Below, one piece after another: positions 1 through 8,865 of a stretch of 48,640 nt of DNA. Position numbers and translations under genes: made by a program. How positions within the stretch are numbered: the stretch's first letter is position 1; each line of letters begins with the position of its first letter. The notes below the pieces were generated by a model. That model saw only the letters and a program-made list of their open reading frames with translations. It was not told the origin of the DNA and did no database searches. Origin of the DNA: an uncultured Pirellulales bacterium (GTDB lineage: Bacteria > Planctomycetota > Planctomycetia > Pirellulales > UBA1268); contig CBFIHW010000003.1 of NCBI GenBank assembly GCA_965662325.1, positions 1-48,640 of the forward strand, in the 5' to 3' direction.

Positions 1-2
1 GC

Positions 3-857
3 GTATATCAGCCAACCGTAACTCCAATTCAGGTGCCACAGACAACGTATGTGAACCGAGTTGTTACTCGAAAAGTACCGGTTCAGACTGTTCGCTATGT
101 AGACGAACAGGTTGTTCAACAAATCCCAGTACAAACCATGAAAATGGTACCAGAGGTTCAGGTTCGACAGGTACCTGTTCAGACAGTGCGAAAAGTAGTC
201 GAACGAGTTGAGAACAAGGTTCCAGTACAGGTTTGCAAATATGTTGCCGAGGAACAGGTGCGACAAGTGCCTATTCAGGTACTTAAGTATGTTGCTGAAC
301 AACGCGTAGAACCGGTTTCGGTACAGGTGTGTAAGTATGTTGCTGAACAACGAACTGCTCAAGTCCCACGCATCGTCGCAAAGCAAGTCCCTTACTCATA
401 CGTTGTACGCAAGCCTCGTACTGTTGTAACACGTATCCCACTTGATCCATGCGGCAACCCACTTCCTGTCGCACCACGTGCTACACCAGCGCCTGTCATT
501 CCTCCAGCCACAACTCCTCCAATGACTCCGGCAACCTCGACAGCGCCGACGCTGGCTCCAGCTACACAGGCTCCAGCTACACAAGCGCCCATAGAAGGCA
601 ATGGTCCGGTAAAGACATTCAGTGACAGACCTACCGATGTGCCTCCCTTAAGTAACGAGGGTTGGAAGGATTCGGAATTGAACCATGTCAATCCGGAAGC
701 CCAGACTTCTCCAATAGGGGGTCAACCGATTCAAACAAATCGACCCACCGGAGACGTCGATCAGAAAGCTTCAACGGCAGCAGAACCGACCCCAGCTGCT
801 GGCACATCTCTAAAACTTCAACCAATTCCAGCACCCCCAACAACACAAACGACCTAA
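3..857 (+). CDS. Planctomycete Val/Gln-rich repeat protein (YTV-like) with Pro/Thr/Ala-rich C-terminal tail; 5'-partial
   Basis: The frame is open back to the window edge (VYQPTVTPIQVPQ...). It has about six 16-aa repeats of type VQxxKYVxEqxVxQVP, then a low-complexity P/T/A tail. Confidence 0.75.
   Translation, partial: VYQPTVTPIQVPQTTYVNRVVTRKVPVQTVRYVDEQVVQQIPVQTMKMVPEVQVRQVPVQTVRKVVERVENKVPVQVCKYVAEEQVRQVPIQVLKYVAEQRVEPVSVQVCKYVAEQRTAQVPRIVAKQVPYSYVVRKPRTVVTRIPLDPCGNPLPVAPRATPAPVIPPATTPPMTPATSTAPTLAPATQAPATQAPIEGNGPVKTFSDRPTDVPPLSNEGWKDSELNHVNPEAQTSPIGGQPIQTNRPTGDVDQKASTAAEPTPAAGTSLKLQPIPAPPTTQTT
228..371 (+). repeat. 48-bp-period coding repeat
   Basis: Units start with CAGGT at 228, 276 and 324. 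The exact 21-mer TAAGTATGTTGCTGAACAACG occurs at 284-304 and 332-352. Confidence 0.85.
554..583 (+). repeat. 15-bp perfect tandem duplication (APATQ x2)
   Basis: GGCTCCAGCTACACA at 554-568 and 569-583. Confidence 0.9.
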
Positions 858-1158
858 GGGTGTTGGGTACACGGCAATAGCCAGATCATTGGGTTGCCTA
901 AGTCTTGGTGCACTTCGTCTTGTAGTAATAAATCTTTGTACTGCTGCATCATTTTCTCGCATCAATGTAACAATTCATGTGATATCGAGGGGGCTAGCCC
1001 ATAACTCACGGCACACGTCAGTTGCACTATACTATTTCTCCTTGCTTGTGTTCTTCTCGATTGTGCCTGAGTCAAAAGCGTGATGTGAGAAGACGTATAC
1101 CCTTCGGTCTTTGAACCGTGAGACCAACATCCAGTTGACCTTTACGGCGTACTGTCCT

Positions 1159-1998
1159 GTGAAAGATCAATATCTTCTTGGTGTCGACTTTTCATCTGCA
1201 CCAACTCACCGTAAACCAATTACTGTCGCCATAGGCTTGATGCCAACGACCACTGATCCCGTCTATCGACTCCAGACAATTCGTGAAATTGAAACACTTA
1301 GAGCCTTCGAACACATGCTTACTGAGCCACTCCACTGGATTGGCGGTTTTGATTTGCCATTTGGGCAACCACGCAAGCTCATTGAATGTAATCAGTGGCC
1401 AACACAGTGGAATGAGTTTGTACACTTTTTCTGTGGACAGTCGCGAGAATATCTCCGGGAGACATTTCGTAACTGGTGTAATAATCATCCACCGGGAAAT
1501 AAATTTGCCTGGCGCAAGGCGGATAAGCCAGCTGGTTCAAGCCCAGCAATGCGATGGACAAATCCACCGGTTGCATGGATGATGCATGCAGGTATTGCCC
1601 GCATGCTTGAGGCCGGCCTCGCCTTCCCAGCACATCGCTATCCTCGCAAAAGAAGTCATATCAAACGCATTGCCCTCGAAGCATATCCGGGATTTACAGC
1701 ACGAAAAGTCATCCGCGGTTCATACAAAAGTGACACTCCAGCAAAGCAGACCCCTGAGCGAAAAGCTCGAAGAAAACTGATCCTTGACGCTCTTTCCAAC
1801 GGTGAAGCCGGGCTCTCAATTTGCCTTGAATCAAACCGCAGATGGAGACACAGAATTATCGAAGATGCTCGCGGCGACCTTCTTGATGCCGTTATCTGCA
1901 GTCTGCAGGCTGGTCATGCCGCATTACAAAGAAACTTTGGACTCCCCCGTAATCTTGATACCCTTGAGGGCTGGATTGCTTCAGTACCCGTGAGGTAG
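1159..1998 (+). CDS. DUF429-family protein (predicted RNase H-like fold nuclease)
   Basis: Motifs LGVDFSSAP, GFDLPFG, EAYPG and DLLDAVIC. GTG 1159 is preferred over TTG 1111 because the first motif normally lies at the N-terminus. Confidence 0.75.
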   Translation: MKDQYLLGVDFSSAPTHRKPITVAIGLMPTTTDPVYRLQTIREIETLRAFEHMLTEPLHWIGGFDLPFGQPRKLIECNQWPTQWNEFVHFFCGQSREYLRETFRNWCNNHPPGNKFAWRKADKPAGSSPAMRWTNPPVAWMMHAGIARMLEAGLAFPAHRYPRKRSHIKRIALEAYPGFTARKVIRGSYKSDTPAKQTPERKARRKLILDALSNGEAGLSICLESNRRWRHRIIEDARGDLLDAVICSLQAGHAALQRNFGLPRNLDTLEGWIASVPVR

Positions 1999-2051
1999 AA
2001 CAAATATTTGAGAAGCTTCCTTTTCCTTCAAACCATTGAATACTACTGCAT

Positions 2052-3128
2052 ATGACACCGCCAGGAACCGATGTCGAACAACCAACCTGTTTGCGCGGGT
2101 CCCAACTACCAAATGACTCACAGTCATTCGAACTCTTTTCAAAGAATTCACTTGGTGTGAGTCGGCTTTACACTGTGGCGATGATGGCGGATGTTCTTGG
2201 TGTGAGTCAGGCAACCGTTCGCCACTGGCGTCGAAACAAATTGATTCGTGCGACAAAGTCCTCCGACTCAATTGATTGGTATGACTATTCAATGTTAGTC
2301 GTCGCAAAGGACCTCTCGCGACTGCTTCGCTCGGGTCTCTCACTTCGAGAGCTAAGCCGCAAGATACACCTTTTCACAGAGGGTGATGAACGCCGAGTAG
2401 CTGAAGTAATTAATAGGATTGTTGTTGATGGCCATAGGCTTAGTCTTCGTCGTGATGATCTTCTTCTGTCAGCTGGTGGGCAGATGCAGTTAGATTTTTA
2501 TGCCTTTGGTATTCATGATGATCTAGACCATGCGTCGCCAGAGACTGTTGAGCAACCCACGACACTCACAATTATCCCATTTCTCAACACATCTCATTCA
2601 GAGTTTGTTGTTGAATTCCAAGATGAACACGCACCAGACATCCCCTCATCAGCAGAACTTTTGGATATTGCGGCTGATCTCGAGGCAGCGGGAGATTTTA
2701 TCGAAGCCTCTGAGGCTTTGCGGGCAGCACTTCAAGCAGACGGCCCCTGTGCATCAGTCACCTTCATGCTGGCGGAGACCTTATACCGTGCAGGTGATTT
2801 AGCAGCAGCGAGAGAACGATACTATACGGTCATCGAACTTGATGAAGATCACCTAGAGGCCCGTACCAGTCTGGCTTGTGTTCTCGCTGAACAGGGCGAC
2901 CTGGAATTGGCAACTGCTGCCCTTGAAGGCGTTCTTAAGCAACAGCCTGACTACGCCGATGCACACTGGCACCTTGCCGGAATTCACACAGAAACCGGGT
3001 GTCGGGCGAAAGCTCACCACCATCTTCTTCACTTCCTGTCGCTGGCACCTGAGAGTCCGTGGGCTAATCTGGCACGTGAAAAGCTTTCTCACGACAGTCT
3101 GATTCCGAACCACGATGCAAGCGAATGA
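2052..3128 (+). CDS. MerR-type HTH + tetratricopeptide repeat protein
   Basis: N-terminal YTVAMMADVLGVSQATVRHWRRNKLI is a MerR-like HTH. The C-terminal half has TPR-like units (FMLAETLYRAGDLAAARERY; PDYADAHWHLAGI). Confidence 0.8.
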   Translation: MTPPGTDVEQPTCLRGSQLPNDSQSFELFSKNSLGVSRLYTVAMMADVLGVSQATVRHWRRNKLIRATKSSDSIDWYDYSMLVVAKDLSRLLRSGLSLRELSRKIHLFTEGDERRVAEVINRIVVDGHRLSLRRDDLLLSAGGQMQLDFYAFGIHDDLDHASPETVEQPTTLTIIPFLNTSHSEFVVEFQDEHAPDIPSSAELLDIAADLEAAGDFIEASEALRAALQADGPCASVTFMLAETLYRAGDLAAARERYYTVIELDEDHLEARTSLACVLAEQGDLELATAALEGVLKQQPDYADAHWHLAGIHTETGCRAKAHHHLLHFLSLAPESPWANLAREKLSHDSLIPNHDASE

Positions 3129-3131
3129 CTC

Positions 3132-4571
3132 TCACGCTAACCAGTCGTGCATAACACGACCGTGCACATCTGTAAGACGAAAGTCCCGGCCACTGTGGCG
3201 ATACGTTAACTTTTTATGATCAAGGCCAAGGAGATGAAGCATGGTTGCCTGAAGATCATGCACATGCACCGGCTTCTCAACTGCTTGAAAACCAAACTCA
3301 TCTGTCGCACCATATGCCTCACCGCCTTTGACACCACCTCCCGCCATCCAAACTGTGAATCCGTGGTGATTATGATCTCGTCCTGTGGCAGTTTTTGTGC
3401 CGGCATCATTGGGCAGTTCAACGGTTGGCGTGCGACCAAACTCACCACCCCATAGCACGAACGTACTATCGAGAAGGCCAAGCCCAACTAAATCATCAAG
3501 TAATGCACCAATTGGTTTATCTGCTTCACCAGCAAGTTTTCGATGATTTTTTTCAATTTCCTGATGGCTGTCCCACGGCTGGCCTTGTCCGTGCCAAACC
3601 TGAACATAGCGAACACCACGTTCAACTAGACGCCTTGCGATGAGTAACTGTCGACCATGCGGTGTATCTCCATACCGCTCAAGAATATGTTTTGGTTCTT
3701 TCGTAACGTCGAACGCCTCCCCTGCTTCGAACTGCATTCGCCAAGCAAGCTCCATACTGGTGATTCTCGACTCCAGCGCAGCATCATTATTTCTCTCCTG
3801 CAGATGTTTCCTATCGAGCGCTGCCATCAAATCAAATTGGTCTCGCTGCACTTTCTCGTTCAGTACCGGGTGGCGAATACACTCAACAAGTTCGTCTACT
3901 TTTTTCTTCTTAGTATCGATATACGTCCCCTGAAACACACCTGGCAGAAATGCACTCCGCCAGTTTGCTGTACCAGATATTGGATATCCACCAGGGCACA
4001 TTGCAACAAAGCCTGGGAGGTTTTGGTTTTCTGTTCCTAAGCCATATGTAACCCAAGCACCTGCTGAAGGCCGGACTAGCCTCCCATCGCCACAATTCAT
4101 AAGGAGTAATGACGGCTCGTGATTGGGAACGTCTGCGTGCATTGATCGTACAACAAGCAATCGATCCGCATGCCGGGCCACCGATGGAAAAAGCTCACTC
4201 ACCGACAGTCCACTTTCTCCATATTGTTGAAACTGAAACGGCGACGGCAACGCAGCTCCTGTTCGTCGCTCCGTTTTCAATGCACCGGGGATTTCACGAC
4301 CGGCATATTCGTCAAGCTTTGGCTTGGGATCAAATGTATCTATATGACTTGGGCCACCATTCGCAAAAATATGAATGACTGCCTTTGCACGAGCAGGGAA
4401 GTGCGAGTCCCGTGCCGCAAGTGTATGTGAATCAGGTTGCTTCAGAGTCGGTGGATTCGCATGAAGGCTCTCTTGAAGAACGGTTGAAGCAGCCATCCAG
4501 CCGACTCCAAGACCAGAACGCATGAGCAGTTCTCGCCTTGAATAATTCTGAAATTGATGATGATAGTTCAT
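3132..4571 (-). CDS. DUF1501 domain-containing protein
   Basis: Tat-like SRRELL, GGPSHIDTFDPKP, WDSH, GEFGRTP, GRDHN, VHVHDLQATMLHLLG and RLTDVHG. Start placed at ATG 4571, just after the upstream stop. Confidence 0.92.
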   Translation of the reverse strand: MNYHHQFQNYSRRELLMRSGLGVGWMAASTVLQESLHANPPTLKQPDSHTLAARDSHFPARAKAVIHIFANGGPSHIDTFDPKPKLDEYAGREIPGALKTERRTGAALPSPFQFQQYGESGLSVSELFPSVARHADRLLVVRSMHADVPNHEPSLLLMNCGDGRLVRPSAGAWVTYGLGTENQNLPGFVAMCPGGYPISGTANWRSAFLPGVFQGTYIDTKKKKVDELVECIRHPVLNEKVQRDQFDLMAALDRKHLQERNNDAALESRITSMELAWRMQFEAGEAFDVTKEPKHILERYGDTPHGRQLLIARRLVERGVRYVQVWHGQGQPWDSHQEIEKNHRKLAGEADKPIGALLDDLVGLGLLDSTFVLWGGEFGRTPTVELPNDAGTKTATGRDHNHHGFTVWMAGGGVKGGEAYGATDEFGFQAVEKPVHVHDLQATMLHLLGLDHKKLTYRHSGRDFRLTDVHGRVMHDWLA

Positions 4572-4597
4572 AATCCCAGTCTTTATCGAAGTTGTGC

Positions 4598-7417
4598 TTA
4601 ATCGATGTATTGAAATTCTGCTGTTATCATGAGTGCTTGAGCTAGTTGAGCCCACACACCAAAGTCATCTGATGATGAACCCTCTACTCGTTCTATCCAA
4701 TCTTGCACCATGTGAACCTCTTCCCTTCGGGGGCTCCTGGCGAAGACAATTCTCCAAAGTTGCTTAATACGTGCTTGAGTACTGGATTCATCTGGCAATC
4801 GCTCAGCCACTTTCTTTGCTGCGTCAATCACGATCGGGGAATTCAGCATGACAAGACCCTGTTGAGGAACAAGCGTAACGGGCCGAACATGGACTGCCGT
4901 GTCCGGGTTTGCAATATCAAACGCTCGCAAAATCCCAGGTATGTCCTGCCTGTCGAGCCAACTGTAAAGCGTTCGCCTTGTACCATTAGTTGGGTCAAGC
5001 GGATCCATACCTGGACCACCCCGTGAACCAAAGTTGAGTGTTCCTGCAGCAATGAGAAGACTATCTCGCCACGACTCCCATGAGAGACGGCGACGACGAG
5101 ATCGGCTGTAGTACGTGTTCTCTGAATCACGCTCTAAAGTTTCGGATCGTGTAGCTGATGATTGCTGCCACGCCTGGCTCAAAATGATCTCCCGATGAAG
5201 CCACCGTGGGCTCCATTTCCCCTCATCAATAAATCGCCTGGCGAGGTCATCGAGTAATTCTGGATGAGATGGAGGCTCTCCCCGCAAACCAAGATCTCCT
5301 GGAGTAGGAATAAGACTCTGACCAAAATGATGGGTCCATACCCAGTTCACAAAGACACGGGCCGTGAGAGTATTTTCAGGATCAACAATCATGTCCGCAA
5401 GATCAAGGCGGCCACTTGTTTGTTTGTCAACAAGTTCTCCACCAAGAACTTGAGGAACCCGCCGGTCTATCTTCTCACCTCGCCTTCCCGGACTCCCTCG
5501 CAAGAAGACAAAACTCTCAGTCGGGTTGGCTTTATCAATAAGAACCATAGCTCGAGGAGGACCACCCGGTGCGTCTGCCTGATGTGCAAGGACCTTTCTC
5601 TTTCTTTTGCTGTGTTCGTCCCGCTCCGATCGCTTTGAGACACTCTTCCACTCATTTTCCAGAACGACAAAGGGGGTTCCTACTTTACCGAATACTAACC
5701 AGAGCGAATGAAGATCTTTCGACTCTCGAATCAGACTCTTTGCTTCCTCATTTTCATTGGAAACAACTCTCGCAATAAGACGACCGTATACAGATGCAAG
5801 ATCATTTAGCGAATGAGGCTCGGCAGAAACAAGTTCCTGCTCGACGAATGGATTGAGATTGGGGATAGACTCAATACATTTCTTCAGTATTTTGTCTGCA
5901 TCAGTCGCAAACCTGTCATCCGGCACCTTGGAAAGCTGAACCCAAGGACCAAGAATAGGGTGTGTTGGACTTTTATCACGAAGAAGTCTCTTCAGCCGCC
6001 CAAGAATAATGGGCGTCATCTCATAGCCATCCTGCATCCGGGGCAATCTTCCATCCTTCTTTTCTGAAGGACGAGCCACCTCAATAAGATAATCTGATGA
6101 ATGGAGAACTGCTTCTTGAATCGCTCGGTTGTAGATTGCCTGTTCATGGTCAACAAGGTTCTGCTCAAGTACTGCCATCTTTTCAGCAAATGCTTTGGCT
6201 TCTTGATTCTTCGGAGGCTCTCCAATAACTGGCAATTCTTCGGGTGTTTCAGTGCTGGCAAAGATGCCATGAAGAGCGTAGTAGTCGTCGATGCCGATTG
6301 GCTCATACTTATGATCATGACAACGAGCACAGGCGACAGAAAGTCCCATCAGCCCACGAGTCACAAGGTCTATTCGATCATCAATAATGTCATGAATATT
6401 CCCACGAAAGGTTCGGCCAACTGTTAGGAAGCCAAGTGCTGCGAGATCTTTTTTTGGCACTTCCGGTGTTATAAGGTCGGCTGCTAGTTGCAGTGTGACA
6501 AACCGTTTGTACGGCAAATCATCCTGAAACGCTTTCACGACCCAGTCCCGATACGTCCATGCAAACGGACTCTTATTTGACTGTCCCCCAAAGGCATAAC
6601 CAATCGTGTCTGCATAGCGAGCCAAATCAAGCCAATAACGAGCCCAGTGCTCTGCGTGCTCTACTGAATTCAGAAGACGCTCTGCATACGCACGGTACGC
6701 GACCTCAGTAGGATTTTTTGCGAATGCTTCAACATCATCAACAGAAGGAGGAAGACCGGTAAGGTCATAGGAGAGCCTTCGAATAAGCGCATAGGGCGAC
6801 GCTTCCTCTGCAGGCCGAATCCCTTGTTCAAGCATCTTCGCGGCAAGAAATCGATCAATTCGATTCCTCGACCAGTTCTCACGAAGACGAGCCGGCAACT
6901 CTTCAGGAAAAGCTGGTGGTTCATGACGAAGGATCGGCTGAAATGACCAATGTGATTTTTCTGCCGATGCAATTCTCTCCGAAATAGACTCACTTTCATT
7001 TGAGAGTGGATCTTTCTCCGACCCTGCCCCACTCCAAGGAACACCACGCTTCACCCATTCTTCAAGTATTTTTATTTCTTCTGCAGTAAGTTTCCCATCG
7101 GGTGGCATAGCAATGTCACCACGAGACTTAATGACCGTGATAATCTTGCTCGCATCAATATCACCAGGCGTGACTATGATTCCAACATCACTACCTTTTA
7201 TAACGGATTGATGACTATCCAGCCTGAGTCCTGCCTCTGAAATCTCTTCCGAGTGGCACTCATAACATTTGGCAACCAAAAGTGGACGCACCTTTGTTTC
7301 AAAGAAGCGTTCATCATCGTGAACGCCTGCTTTCGACCCAACTGAAAAAGTAGCTCCCACCAGCAGACTCACTGAGAAGGCTATTTGGATAACTGGTTGT
7401 TTTTGAAGTGGATACAC
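4598..7417 (-). CDS. Planctomycete cytochrome c (PSCyt1) / DUF1549 / DUF1553 protein
   Basis: FFETKVRPLLVAKCYECH (CxxCH), LIRRLSYDLTGLPP, WLDLARYADT, CARCHDHKY, PSHPELLDDLA and N-terminal signal-like segment. Confidence 0.92.
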   Translation of the reverse strand: MYPLQKQPVIQIAFSVSLLVGATFSVGSKAGVHDDERFFETKVRPLLVAKCYECHSEEISEAGLRLDSHQSVIKGSDVGIIVTPGDIDASKIITVIKSRGDIAMPPDGKLTAEEIKILEEWVKRGVPWSGAGSEKDPLSNESESISERIASAEKSHWSFQPILRHEPPAFPEELPARLRENWSRNRIDRFLAAKMLEQGIRPAEEASPYALIRRLSYDLTGLPPSVDDVEAFAKNPTEVAYRAYAERLLNSVEHAEHWARYWLDLARYADTIGYAFGGQSNKSPFAWTYRDWVVKAFQDDLPYKRFVTLQLAADLITPEVPKKDLAALGFLTVGRTFRGNIHDIIDDRIDLVTRGLMGLSVACARCHDHKYEPIGIDDYYALHGIFASTETPEELPVIGEPPKNQEAKAFAEKMAVLEQNLVDHEQAIYNRAIQEAVLHSSDYLIEVARPSEKKDGRLPRMQDGYEMTPIILGRLKRLLRDKSPTHPILGPWVQLSKVPDDRFATDADKILKKCIESIPNLNPFVEQELVSAEPHSLNDLASVYGRLIARVVSNENEEAKSLIRESKDLHSLWLVFGKVGTPFVVLENEWKSVSKRSERDEHSKRKRKVLAHQADAPGGPPRAMVLIDKANPTESFVFLRGSPGRRGEKIDRRVPQVLGGELVDKQTSGRLDLADMIVDPENTLTARVFVNWVWTHHFGQSLIPTPGDLGLRGEPPSHPELLDDLARRFIDEGKWSPRWLHREIILSQAWQQSSATRSETLERDSENTYYSRSRRRRLSWESWRDSLLIAAGTLNFGSRGGPGMDPLDPTNGTRRTLYSWLDRQDIPGILRAFDIANPDTAVHVRPVTLVPQQGLVMLNSPIVIDAAKKVAERLPDESSTQARIKQLWRIVFARSPRREEVHMVQDWIERVEGSSSDDFGVWAQLAQALMITAEFQYID

Positions 7418-7718
7418 TCTTTTTCCTACATGAATAAAACCCGGCTTAACCCATCTTCATTCATACTAATCTCCTTCACCGGGCAAGTCTTACTTCCAGT
7501 TCATATTTGATTAAAAACAAGTATTTTAAGCACGAACGACTCGCCTCCACATCAGCCGAACAGAGGGGTACAAGACAGCTACTGAGTTCATGCGTCTTCT
7601 AAAATAGACGAAGTAATACCAGAGGAATCAAGAAAGCACCCGTTCACAGGACTTCGATAACAATGAAGCCCATAACCGACTGTCATACATTGATTCTGCG
7701 GTCACCCGTGAATGCGTT

Positions 7719-8114
7719 TTAGTAGCTGCCCCATGGGCCTCGAATTGCATGAATACCAAATTGCACGGTATCACTCGGGTGTTGAGGTGTTGGCATAAGT
7801 GGACGAGACCCAGGCACATAGGCGGCCCCGGGGTATGGCTTACGGTACTGCTGATAGAGAGGCATCACGCGCGAACTCGGTACACCCCAACTATATTCAC
7901 TCACAAACTCTGCCGTTGGTGGCACGACCAATGGCACAGGTCGCCCGACGTCTGGGTTATACCAACCACTATGCCAACTCTTGTTTCGACCTCTTAGAAA
8001 ATATCGTTTCTCTGTCGCTCGGTGGCCTCCAGCCTCAACGGCCTGCAGGAAAGTGACCATGATAATAGATGCCATTATCAAACGGCTGAGGAGTAGAAAT
8101 TGGGAGGTCTTCAT
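7719..8114 (-). CDS. Small secreted hypothetical protein (Pro/Tyr/Trp-rich)
   Basis: Signal-peptide-like N-terminus ending AVEA. It is co-oriented with, and 50 bp downstream of, 8165-8509. Confidence 0.7.
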   Translation of the reverse strand: MKTSQFLLLSRLIMASIIMVTFLQAVEAGGHRATEKRYFLRGRNKSWHSGWYNPDVGRPVPLVVPPTAEFVSEYSWGVPSSRVMPLYQQYRKPYPGAAYVPGSRPLMPTPQHPSDTVQFGIHAIRGPWGSY

Positions 8115-8164
8115 CAGTCAGTTTCTTTCGCTAGTTAGTAGAAATCACAATTCGTAATTCTGCC

Positions 8165-8509
8165 TTACCACCAGTAGGCATTCGTAACATTTCGCATGCC
8201 CATCGCTCCGGAACAGCGTACGTACCGCCGTCGGTGCTGATAGAGAAACTCATGCGGCATAAATGGTGGATACGTCACCCATGTATGACCAACACGAGCT
8301 GGCACAGGTTGTGGTGAAACGTAGAGCTGTGCTCCCACACCAGGATATGGACCTGGAGGAATCGGGGGATAGTAATAGTTTGAAAAAACATCTGGCACTG
8401 GAGCCTCGACACCCCCATTTATTGGGTTGGCATGAACAGCCTGTGAAAACAATCCCGCAATGATGACAGCACACATCATCATGGCGAGCCGGGTTCTTCG
8501 AACACTCAT
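8165..8509 (-). CDS. Small secreted hypothetical protein (Pro/Tyr-rich)
   Basis: GGAG Shine-Dalgarno upstream of the ATG, signal peptide ending AVHA, and core PVPARVGHTWVTYPPFMPHEFLY. Confidence 0.75.
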   Translation of the reverse strand: MSVRRTRLAMMMCAVIIAGLFSQAVHANPINGGVEAPVPDVFSNYYYPPIPPGPYPGVGAQLYVSPQPVPARVGHTWVTYPPFMPHEFLYQHRRRYVRCSGAMGMRNVTNAYWW

Positions 8510-8514
8510 TGTTT

Positions 8515-8725
8515 TTTCTCCATGGAAGTTCTCATTTCGTCACTTTGATCGCCTGCCAGAGCCCTCTCACGCTCGAAAGTTGGCCTTCAGGAATCACAGG
8601 ACGGCCCTCCATGGCCCTTACCAGTGATCCATCACGATCCCTCCAGGGAAGAAACCCCCCTGAAAACGCTTCGGCATACCCGCCCCAGTAGCATCATGGA
8701 GACACCTGCGAAGCCATTCCAATAA
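8515..8725 (-). promoter_or_regulatory. 5' leader with multiple GGA-loop hairpins (candidate CsrA/RsmA sites)
   Basis: Minus-strand TCCC-TGGA-GGGA, GTGA-TGGA-TCAC, GGCC-ATGGAG-GGCC and TTC-CATGGA-GAA, the last overlapping the Shine-Dalgarno. Confidence 0.45.
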
Positions 8726-8865
8726 CCCCACGGATAAAGTCTGCCCCGGCAGGCCTATCGGTACGGTTGGATTTTGAACAGGAAATATCACTACACTTTG
8801 CCTCACTTACCCGGACCACCGAAATCCGGACTTTATTCCAGTCAAATCCCCGAATTTGTAGAACT

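Noticed and set aside
228-352. CRISPR-like direct repeats
   Set aside because: The 48-bp period is in frame within a coding repeat, the intervening sequences are homologous to each other, and no cas genes are present.
858-1158. ORF 889-1083, an ncRNA, or a sigma-54 promoter (GGCACACGTCAGTTGC) in the 300-bp gap
   Set aside because: The ORF has a TTG start, no Shine-Dalgarno and no motif. The GG-to-GC spacing is 12 nt rather than the required 10. No recognisable RNA structure.
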